Positions 1 to 11,400 of a stretch of 64,000 nucleotides of DNA are shown piece after piece. The notes beneath the pieces were generated by a model. It ran no database searches and was not told the origin of the DNA. It saw nothing but the letters and a program-made list of their open reading frames with translations. The stretch comes from Macrostomum lignano (taxonomy: Eukaryota): the NCBI GenBank assembly GCA_002269645.1, contig NIVC01000353.1, positions 1-64,000 on the forward strand, given 5' to 3'. Position numbers and translations under genes: made by a program. The first letter of the stretch is position 1. Every line of letters begins with the position of its first letter.

Positions 1-1281
1 AGTTTTTAACTTTGAGAGAAAAAATTTATTATTGCTGAAAGAACTTGCAAAGCTGATTTCAGGGATATAAATTGTTTGCTTTAATATATGAAAACTAAAA
101 GCTCTGCATTGCAAAAACTATTTCCATACTTTAAACTTTCTGCAAAGATTGTACTCATTTTAGGATTTCAATGGCGTTCGACCGACCCCCAACAGTTAGG
201 AGGTCGGTCGGTGTGTATTTGAGGGTTGATTTAGATTGCGCAATCTGTTTGTTAACTTTAACTGAGACTGATACTGACTAACACAGAAATATATTGCACA
301 ATCAATTGATTCAATTGGTTCATTTTTTATTATCGCGCCCTGTGTATTAGTTTGGCAGTGAAATTCAATGAATAAACTTGCGAGCTTCTCTAGCAAGTAG
401 TCGGGAAATTGGTAAATTCAAACGCTAACTGTTCCTCGAGTTTTAAACTTTCAGAGGAGAAACTTATATTGCTGGAAAGATCTTGCAACGCTGAGTTCGG
501 GGATATAAGTTGTTTGCTTTAAATATAAAAAGAAAAAGCACAGCATTGAAAAAACTATTTCCATGCTTTTAACTTTCTGCAAAAATTGTGCTCAGTTTTG
601 CGAGACGTAATAGATAAAGTTGGGGGAGGGTTCAACTTCTCACTGCTGCTGTGTATTGGAGGGTTGATTTAGATTGCGCAATGTTTTTTTAACTTTAACT
701 GAGACTGATACTGACTGACTGTGAAATCGGTTGCACCATCAATTTGTTTTATTATCTGTGCCTTTCAATACGCTGCCCTGTGTAATAGCCGCGCCTGTGT
801 AGTGAATGAATCAACTTGCGAGCCTCTTTGGCAGGCAGTGAACGTACACTCGATATTTTAATGCTTTAAAACGGAAACTTTCAAACGCTAACTGCTCTTC
901 GAGTTCTAAACTTTAAGAGAAGAGACTTATACTGCTGAAAAGATCTTGCAACGCTGAGTTCGAGGATATAAATTGTTAGCTTTCAATATAAAGACTAAAA
1001 GAGCAGCATCAAAAAAACTATTTCCATACTTTTAGCTTTATGCAAAGATTGTACTCATTTTTTGGTTCAATGCCCCAACAGATGGGGGTTCAATTTCTAA
1101 CTGCCACAGCGTATTGAAAAGGGGTCGGTCTCTGTGTATTGGAGGGTTGATTTAAATTGCGCAATCTTTTGGTTAAATTTAACTGAGACTGATACTGACT
1201 GTGAAATCGGTTGCGCAATGAATTGATTCAATTAGTTCAATAATTTTATCAGTGCCTTTTAACACGAAGCTGTGCGTAGTT

Positions 1282-1315
1282 CTAACCCTAACCCTAACCC
1301 TAACCCTAACCCTAA
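1282..1315 (+). repeat. (CCCTAA)n telomere-type tract inside each Helitron-like unit
   Basis: Tracts of about 3-7 copies at about 1282-1315, 3718-3752, 6443-6482, 8648-8669, 9854-9877, 12562-12585, 15036-15073, 17293-17316 and 19530-19558. Always at the same position in the unit. Confidence 0.9.
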
Positions 1316-1369
1316 TGAATCTGGCGAGTTAAGTTGTTTGACGGAAAAAATTCGATTAAGTCAAGTTTA

Positions 1370-1690
1370 ACGGAGACGATTTCAATGTTTAAATTCTGAC
1401 GGAGAAGATTTCTGTTTCGTGGAGAGGATTTCGATGATGTTCAGTTTCACGAAAGGATTTCCATGGTGTTCAGTTTCACGGAGAGGATTTCGATCATGTT
1501 CAGCTTCACGGAGAGGCTTTCTGTTTCGCTGAGATAATTTATCATTGATTTCTGTTTTATGGAAACAATTTTGATGGATTCAGGTTTCAAGGAGAGGATT
1601 TCGAAGGAGTCCAGTTTCACTGAGAGGATTTCGATGGTTTTTAGTTGCACAGACAGGATTTTTGCTTCGCGGAGAGGATCTTGATGGATT
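1370..1690 (+). repeat. About 30-bp minisatellite (TTCACGGAGAGGATTTCGATGATGTTCAGT) internal to each array unit
   Basis: Degenerate tandem copies follow the CCCTAA tract in every unit (e.g. 6540-6850, 9930-10360, 15130-15470, 19620-19900). Source of the spurious MQLKTIEILSVKL ORFs. Confidence 0.85.
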
Positions 1691-1704
1691 TGGCATCTTC
1701 AATC

Positions 1705-2415
1705 AGTCAGAGAAGAGAGTAAAGAGAAGACTGAAAAGAGAAGAGAGAAGAGATGATAGAAAACAGAGTATAATTGAGTGGAGAGATTAGACATGACAGA
1801 TTGGAGATTATAGGAGAGAGAATAGATGAGGGATAAGAGCGTACAGAGGCAATATAAGAGAGGGGAGAGTAGAGGAGAAAGAAAGAGTGAGATGAGGAGA
1901 TGAGGGATGAGAGAGCAGGGGAGAGAGGAGACAGGAGAGAGTACAGACGAAAGACTAGGGAGAAGATATAAATAAGGTAGTAAAGATGAGAGGAGAGAGA
2001 GGAGAGAGAAGCGAAAGGAGAAGAGAGTGAGGAGAGAGGAGAGAGATGAAAGGAGCAAGGAAATGAGAAAAGAGAGAATGGAGAGAATAGAAAAGAGAGA
2101 AGAGAAGAGACAGGGATAGTGAAAAGGAGGAAGAAAGATGGGAGACAAGAAAGTAGTGTCAGAGCGTATATGAAATATGAGAAATGAGAGCAGAGAGAAG
2201 AGAAAAGAGAAGAGAGAGAGAGGGTTAAGAGAGACGATAGATAAGTGAGTAGAGATGACATATGAGAGAGGAGAGAAGAGGGAGAGATAAGAGTGAAGAG
2301 AGGAGACAGAAGACAGGAGAAGGTACAGACGAAAGACGAGGGAGAAGAGATAAATAAGGGAGCAGGGTAGAGATGAGATGAGAGAGAGAGAGGAGATATG
2401 AGAGACTTGAGAGTC
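1705..2415 (+). repeat. GA-rich polypurine low-complexity tract (one per array unit except U4)
   Basis: Almost purely A/G on the plus strand. Homologous tracts at about 3970-4940, 6870-7590, 10385-11500, 12950-13955, 15495-16215, 17545-18370 and 19925-20850. Source of the Ser/Leu-rich minus-strand ORFs. Confidence 0.9.
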
Positions 2416-5400
2416 TTTGAGCTATGGTCTTTGAAAGATTTTGTAAAGAATTTGGAGACGATTTTGAAGATAGGGTTAAAGACATGGAATTTCAGTTGAT
2501 GGATATTTCAGGGAATAGAATTCCGGTGATGGGAGTTCTTCCCCTTTCTCCAGTTTGTAAAAATAGCCACCCCAACCTCCGCCCGCGGGCCGCTGTGTAT
2601 TGAGGGGTGGTGGGTGCGCGTGTTCTGGGTTCAATGCAAATAAAACCCCCGCGTGTCGGGGGGTTGGGTTAAATTTAATGATTCCCCCGGAACGGGGGGG
2701 TTGGGCTTGGGCTGAGTGTACATAGCTGTTTTAAACAGATAGAACTGTGCCGAGATTCAATTGGTTTTATTATCGGCCCTGTGTATTAGCTGGGCAGTGA
2801 ATTTCAATGAATAAACTTGCGAGCATCTCTAGCAAGAAGTCGGGAAATCGGTAAATTTCAAACGCTAACTGTTCCTCGAGTTTTAAACTTTGAGAGGAGA
2901 AACTTATATTGCTGGAAAGATCTTGCAACGCAGAGCTTCGAGGATATAAGTTGTTTGCTTTAAATATGAAAAGAAAAAGCACAGCATTTGAAAAGTATTT
3001 CCATACTTTTAACTTTCTGCAAAATTGTACTCAGTTTTGCGAGACGTAATAGATAAAGTTGGGGAGGGTTTAACTTCTCACTGCTGCTGTGTATTGCGAG
3101 GTTGATTTAGATTGCGCAATGTTTTTGTTAACTTTAACTGAGACTGATACTGACTGACTGTGAAATCGGGTTGCGCCATCAATTTGTTTTATTATCTGTG
3201 CCTTTCAATAGGCTGCCCTGTGTAATAGCCGGCGTGTGTAATTAATGAATAAACTTGCGAGCCTCTTTGGCAGGCAGTGAACGTACACTCGATATTTCAA
3301 TGCTTTAAAACGGGAACTTTCAAATGCTTACTGCTCTTCGAGTTCTAAACTTTAAGAGAAGAAGACTTATACTGCTGAAAAGATCTTGCAACGCTGAGTT
3401 CAAGGATATAAATTGTTTGCTTTAAATATAAAGACTAAAAGCACAGCATAAAAAAACTATTTCCATACTTTTAGCTTTCTGCAAAGATTGTACTCATTTT
3501 TAGTTCAATGCCCCAACAGTTGGGGCGTTCAATTTCTAATTGCCACTGCGTATTGAAAAGGGGTCGGTCTCTGTGTACTGGAGGGTTGATTTAAATTGCG
3601 CAATCTTTTTTGTTAACTTTAACTGAGACTGATACTGACTGACTGAGAAATCTGTTGCGCAATCAATTGATTCAATTGTTTCAATTTTTTTATTTGGACA
3701 CGCAGCTGTGTGTAGCTCTAACCCTAACCCTAACCCTAACAATAACCCTAACCAGTGAATCATGATATTTTATTCTTTTTGACGGAGAAAATTTCGATTG
3801 AGTCCAGTTTTAAAGAGAGAATTTCGATGGTTATCAGTTTCACGGACAGGATTTCTGTTTTCGCTGAGAGGATTTCGATGGTTTCAGTTTTACGGAGAGG
3901 ATTTCGATGGTTTTCAGTTGCACAGACTGCTTCGCGGAGAGGATCTTGATGGATTTGGCATCTTCAATCAGTCAGAGAAGAGAGTAAAGAGAAGAATGAA
4001 AGAGAAGAGAGATGACATGATAGAAAACAGAGTAGAAATGAGTGGAGAGATTAGACATGACAGATAGGAGAGAAGAGGGGAGTAAGGCGGGAACGAAGGA
4101 GAGAGAAGAGAAGAGGAGAGAGGAGATGAGAGGGGAGATATGAGATAGCAAAGGGATACAAGAGAGGGGAGAGTAGAGGAAAAAGAAAGAGTGAGATGAG
4201 GGATGAGGGATGAGAGAGGAGGGAAGACAGGAGAGAGAAGAGAGGAGAAAAGAGGGGAGAAAGGAGACAGGAGAGAGTAGAGACGAAAAAACCAGGGAGA
4301 AGAAATAAATAAGGTAGTAGAGATGAGAGGAGAGGGAGGAGAGAGAAGCGAAAGGAGAAAAGAGAGAGGAGAGAGGAGAGAGATGAAAGATCAGAGATGA
4401 GAGAGTTAAGAGAGGAAAGTAGTGAGGAGAGGAGAGATGAGAGATACGATGAGAAGATATGCGTGAGAACATAAGAGAGAAGAGATTAGAGATTAGAGAA
4501 GAGAGGGAGAAGATGAAAGGAGAAAGGAGAGGAGAAAAGAGAGAAGAGAAGAGACAGGGGATAGTGGAAAGGAGAAAGAAAGATGGGAGACAAGAAAGTA
4601 GAGTGTGAGAGCGTATATGAGATATGAGAAATGAGAGCAGAGAGAGAGAGAGGGTAAAGAGAGACGATAGATAAGTGAGTAGAGATGACATATGAGAGAG
4701 GAGAGAAGAGAGAGAGATAAGAGAGAAGAGAGGAGACACGAGACAAGAGAGGGTACAGACGAAAGACGAGGGAGAAGAGATACATAAGGGAGTAGAGATG
4801 AGAGGAGAGAAAGGAGAGACTAGATATAAGATAGCAAAGAAGAGAGAGCAGAGATGAGAGACTAGAGATGAAAAGCAGATTAGAGAGAAAAGATAAGAGA
4901 CTACACTGTAGAGATAAGAGGGCAAAGAGGAGAGCAAAAAGGCTTTACAGAGGTTTTGGAGATGATTTGGAAGATGGGATTCAAGTCATGGAGTTTCAGC
5001 TGATGGATTTCAGGGAATGGAATTCCGATAATGGGAGTTCTTCCCCTTTCTCCTCCGGAGGAGGAGTTCCACTCTATATACTAAAGTTGACGTGTTGTTT
5101 GTCTGTCTGTCTGTCTGTCATTTCGACAACTCCTCCTTGAATAGTGGCAACTCAGCGTTGAAACTTATATGGGAAGATTGGAAATTATCCGAGGTCGGCT
5201 ATAGGCTATTTTAATTCTGAAATTTTAATTTCTAAGATCCTCAAAAAAGCAGAAAACGGCGGTCTTGACCTTTGATAATCTTAATTGTCCCTCTTTCTGC
5301 TTGGAGCTGAAAATTTGCATGAATTTCAAGTGATTGCGCCACAACTTTTCCCTATCTCTGCAGTGTATTTTCTCTCCAGTGGGGGGATGGGGCGTTCTAA

Positions 5401-8400
5401 ATGGCTGCCTGTGTACAATCGGACCCTGGCTCACTGGCTGACTGTATAGACAATTGCGCAAAGATTTGTGTTCTAATTTTCAATAGGCAGCCCTGTGATT
5501 TTGTTTGAACCTTGAAATTCAATGCATAAACTTGCGGGCCTCTTTTAGCAGGCAGCGAACGTACAATCGATATTTCAATGCTTTAAATCAGAAAGTTTCA
5601 AACGCAAACTGTTGCTCAAGTTTTTAACTTTGAGAGAAAAAATTTATATTGCTGGAAAGAACTTGCAAAGCTGATTTCAGGGATATAAATTGTTTGCTTC
5701 AAATATGAAAACTAAAAGCTCTGCATTGCAAAAACTATTTCCATACTTTAAACTTTCTGCAAAGATTGTACTCATTTTGGCGAGAGGTGAGAGATAAAGT
5801 TGGGGGTTTCGACTTCTAACTGGCGCTGTGTATAGGAAGGGGCGTCAGTTGCTTTGTATTGGAGGGTTGATTAGATTGCGCAAACTTTTTGTTAACTTTA
5901 ACTGAGACTTATACTGACTAACACAGAAATATATTGCGCAATCAATTGATTCAATTGGTTAGCTTTTTTATTATCGGCCCTGTGTATTAGCTTGGCAGTG
6001 AAATTCAATGTACAAAATTGCGAGCCTCTCAGGCAAGCAGTCGGGAAATCGGTAAATTTCAAACGCTAACTGCTCCTTGAGTTTTAAACTTTGAGAGGAG
6101 AAACTTATATTGCTGGAAAGATCTTGCAACGCTGAGTTAGGGATATAAGTTGTTTGCTTTAAATATGAAAAGAAAAAGCACCGCATTTAAAAAACTATTT
6201 CCATACTTTTAACTTTCTGCAAAAATTGTACTCAGTTTTGCGAGACGTAATAGATAAAGTTGGGGGAGGGTTCAACTTCTCACTGCTGCTGTGTATTGGA
6301 GGGTTGATTTAGATTGCGCAATGTTTTTGTTAACTTTACCTGAGGCTGATACTGACTGACTGTGAAATCGGTTGCGCAATGAATTGATTCAATTAGTTCA
6401 ATATTTTTATCTGTGCCTTTTAACACGAAGCTGTGCGTAGTTCTAACCCTAACCCTAACCCTAACCCTAACCCTAACCCTAATGAATCTGGCGAGTTGAG
6501 TTGTTTGACGGAAAAAATTCGATTAAGTCAAGTTTAGCGGAGACGATTTCAATGTTTAAATTCTGACGGAGAAGATTTCTGTTTCGTGGAGAGGATTTCG
6601 ATGATGTTCAGTTTCACGAAAGGATTTCCATGGTGTTCAGTTTCACGGAGAGGATTTCGATCATGTTCAGCTTCACGGAGAGGCTTTCTGTTTCGCTGAG
6701 ATAATTTATGATTGATTTCTGTTTTATGGAAACAATTTTGATGGATTCAGGTTTCAAGGAGAGGATTTCGAAGGAGTCCAGTTTCACTGAGAGGATTTCA
6801 ATGGTTTTTAGTTGCACATACAGGATTTTTGCTTCGCGGAGAGGATCTTGATGGATTTGGCATCTTCAATCAGTCAGAGAAGAGAGTAAAGAGAAGACTG
6901 AAAAGAGAAGAGAGAAGAGATGATAGAAAACAGAGTATAATTGAGTGGAGAGATTAGACATGACAGATTGGAGATGATAGGAGAGAGAATAGATGAGGGA
7001 TAAGAGCGTACAGAGGCAATAGAAGAGAGGGGAGAGTAGAGGAGAAAGAAAGAGTGAGATGAGGAGATGAGGGATGAGAGAGCAGGGGAGAGAGGAGACA
7101 GGAGAGAGTACAGACGAAAGACTAGGGAGAAGATATAAATAAGGTAGTAAAGATGAGAGGAGAGAGAGGAGAGAGAAGCGAAAGGAGAAGAGAGTGAGGA
7201 GAGAGGAGAGAGATGAAAGGAGCAAGGAAAGGAGAAAAGAGAGAATGGAGAGAATAGAAAAGAGAGAAGAGAAGAGACAGGGGATAGTGAAAAGGAGGAA
7301 GAAAGATGGGAGACAAGAAAGTAGTGTCAGAGCGTATATGAAATATGAGAAATGAGAGCAGACAGAGAGAAAAGAAAGAGAAGAGAGAGAGAGGATTAAG
7401 AGAGACGATAGATAAGTGAGTAGAGATGACATATGAGAGAGGAGAGAAGAGGAGAGATAAGAGTGAAGAGAGGAGACAGAAGACAGGAGAAGGTACAGAC
7501 GAAAGACGAGGGAGAAGAGATAAATAAGGGAGCAGGGTAGAGATGAGATGAGAGAGAGGAGAGAGGAGATATGAGAGACTTGAGAGTCTTTGAGCTATGG
7601 TCTTTGAAAGATTTTGTAAAGAATTTGGAGACGATTTGGAAGATAGGGTTAAAGACATGGAATTTCAGTTGATGGATATTTCAGGAATAGAATTCCGGTG
7701 ATGGGAGTTCTTCCCCTTTCTTCCTCCGAAGGAGGAGTTCCACTCGTCTTATACTAAAGTTGGTGTGATGTTTGTCTGTATGTCAGTTGCATAACTCCTT
7801 CTAGAATACTTGCAACTCAGAGTTGAAACTCATATGGGAAAACTGCAAATTTTCCGGGTCAGGCTATAGGCTATTTTAATCATTCATTTTTACATTTTGA
7901 GATCCCTAAAAAAGCAGAAATAATAGAACAATAGGGGAATATGCCCATCTTGCGTAATTTGCAATGATTGCGCCACAACAGCTGGCCTATCTGTGTAGTG
8001 TATTCTTTCAGCTGAAGGGGGTGTAACCGGGCCGGTTGACATCAATTTTTAGCAATTGCGCCACAATTTTTTGCATTGAGCACTGGGGCAAATAAAACCC
8101 CCGTACGTATTGGGGTGTTAGGGCTTCAGTAAAATTCACATGAATAAATTTGCGAGCCTCCCTATGTAGCAGGCAGTGAACGTACACTCAAAAATTCAAT
8201 GCTTTAAATTGGGAAATTTCAAACGCAAACTGTTCCCCGAGTTTTTAACTTAGAGAGAAGAGACTTATATTGCTGGAAAGATCTTTCAATGCTGATTTCA
8301 ATTATATAAATTGTTTGCATTAAATATGAAAACTAAATGCTCTGCATTGGAAAAACTATTTCCATTCTTTTAACTTTTTGCGAAGATTGTACTCATGTTA

Positions 8401-11400
8401 GGAGTTCAATGGTGTTCGACTGACCCCCAACAGTTGGGGGGGCTCAATTTCTAATTGCCACTGCGTATTGGAAGGGGGTCGGTCGCTGTGTATTGGAGGG
8501 TTGATTTAGATTGCGCAATATTTTTGTTAACTTTAACTGAGACTGATACTGACTGACTTAGAAATACGAGCGTAAATTGCGCAATCTTTTGATTCAATTA
8601 TCTCATATTTTATTGGACCTTTTCAACACGCAGCTGTGTGCAGCTCCAACCCTAACCCAAACCCTAACCACTGAATCCTGAGAGTTTAGTTGTTTGACGG
8701 AGAAACTTTCGATTGAGTCCAGTTTCACGGAGAGGATTTCTGTTTCGCGGAGAAAGATTTCGATGGTGTTCAGTTTCACGGAGAGGATTTTGATGGATTT
8801 GGAGAACAGTTAGATGGATGATATTCGGGTCTTGGGATTCAGCTGATGGAGTTCAGGGAATGGAATTCCGGTGATGGGAGTTCTTCCCCTTTCTCCTCCA
8901 TCGGAGGAGTTGGCCTCTATATACTAAAGTTGACGCGTTGTTTGTCTGTCTGTCTGTGTGTCTGTCTGTCATTTCGACAACTCCTCCTTGAATAGTGCCA
9001 ACTCAGCGTTGAAACTTATATGGGAAGATTGGAAATTATCCGAGGTCGGCTATAGGCTATTTTAATTCTGAAATTTTAATTTCTAAGATCCTCAAAAAAG
9101 CAGAAAACGGCGGTCTTGACCTTTGATAATCTTAATTGTCCCCTCTTTCTGCTTGGAGCTGAAAATTTGCATGAATTTCAAGTGATTGCGCCACAACTTT
9201 TCCCTATCTCTGCAGTGTATTTTCTCTCCAGTGGGGGGATGGGGCGTTCTAAATGGCTGCCTGTGTACAATCGGACCCTGGCTCACTGGCTGACTGTATA
9301 GACAATTGCGCAAAGATTTGTGTTCTAATTTTCAATAGGCAGCCCTGTGATTTTGTTGAACGTTGAAATTCAATGCATAAACTTGCGGGCCTCTTTAGCA
9401 GGCAGTGAACGTACAATCGATATTTCAATGCTTTAAATCAGAAAGTTTCAAACGCAAACTGTTGCTCGAGTTTTTAACTTTGAGAGAAAAAAATTATATT
9501 GCTGGAAAGAACTTGCAAAGCTGATTTCAGGGATATAAATTGTTTGCTTCAAATATGAAAACTAAAAGCTCTGCATTGCAAAAACTATTTCCATACTTTA
9601 AACTTTCTGCAAAGATTGTACTCATTTTGGCGAGAGGTGAGAGATAAAGTTGGGGGTTTCGACTTCCAACTGGCGCTGTGTATAGGAAGGGGGTCAGTTG
9701 CTTTGTATTGGAGGGTTGATTTAGATTGCGCAATGTTTTTGTTAACTTTAACTGAGACTGATACTGACTGACTGTGAAATCGGTTGCGCAATGAATTGAT
9801 TCAATTAGTTCAATAGTTTATCAATGCCTTTTAACACGAAGCTGTGCGTAGTTCTAACCCTAACCCTAACCCTAACCAATGAATCCGGAGAGTTGAGTTG
9901 TTTGACGGAAAAAATTGATTGAGTCCAGTTTAGCGGAGACGATTTCAATGTTTTAATTTTGACAAAGAGGATTTCTGTTTCGTGGAGAGGATTTTGATGA
10001 TGTTCAGCTTCACGGAGAGGATTTCTGTTTCGCGGAGTTAAATTTATGATTGATTTCTGCTTTATGGAGACGATTTTGATAGATTTAAGTTTCAAGGAGA
10101 GGATTTCGAAGGTGTTCAGTTTCACGGAGAGGATTTCGAAGGTGTTCAGTTTCACGGAGAGGATTTCGATGATGTTCAGCTTCACGGAGAGGATTTCTGT
10201 TTCGCGGAGATAATTTATGATTGATTTCTGTTTTATGGAGACGATTTTGATGGATTTAAGTTTCAAGGAGAGGATTTCGAAGGAGTCCAGTTTCACGGAG
10301 AGGATTTCGATGGTTTTCAGTTGCACGGACAGGATTTCTGCTTCGCGGAGAGGATCTTGATGGATTTGGCATCTTCAATCAGTCAGAGAAGAGAGTAAAG
10401 AGAAGAATGAAAAGAGAAGAGAGATGAGATGATAGAAAACAGAGTAGAAATGAGTGGAGAGATTAGACATGACAGATGGGAGAGAAGAGGAAAGTAAGGC
10501 GGGAACGAAGGAGAGAGAAGAGAAGAGGAGAGAGGAGATGAAGGGAGAGGATATGAGAGAGGAGATATGAGATTGCAGAGAGGAGACAGGATGGAGAAGA
10601 AAGGAGGGACAAGGGGGTACAGAGGCAATAGAAGAGAGGAAAGAGAGGAGAGAGGTGAGAGGTGAGAGGAGAGAGATGAAAGATCAGAGATCAGAGATTT
10701 AAGAGAAGAAAGTAGTGAGGAGAAAGAAGAGGGTAAAGATGAGAGTGCAGAGAGGAGAGAAACGAGAGGAGACAGGTGGTAGAAAGGAGTGTAAAAACAG
10801 CAGATAAGAAAGGGGAGGGTGAGAGTGAGAGCATATAGGAAAGTGTAAAAGGGGAGCAGAGGAGAGAGAATATATAAGTGAGTAGAGAAGAGATATGAGA
10901 GAGGAAAGACGAGGGGAGAGAGGAGACAGGAGAGAGTAAATTTGAAAGACCTGGGAGAAGAGATAAAAAAGATAGTACAGATGAGAGGAGAGAGAGAGAG
11001 GAGAGATGAGAGATGCAATGAGAAAAGAGATGAGTGAGAAAATAAGAGAGAGAAGAGATTAGAGATTAGAGAAGAGATGAGGGGAGATGAGAGTAGAGAA
11101 GAGAGAATGGAGAGGAGAGAAAAGAGAAGAGAGGAGACAGGTGATGCAGTAGAAAGGAGGGAAGAAAGATGGGAGATAAGAAAGGAGAGGGTGAGAGCGT
11201 ATAAGAGATACGAGAAATGAGAGCAGAGAGAAGAGAGAAAAAAGAAGAGAGAAAGTAGAGCGGAGACGATAGATAAGTGATTAGAGATTAGATATGAGAG
11301 AGGAGAGAAAAGGGGAGAGATAAGATAGAAGATAGGAGAGTAGACAGGATAGGGTACAGACGAAAGACGAGGGAGAAGAGATAAATAAGGGAGTAGAGAT

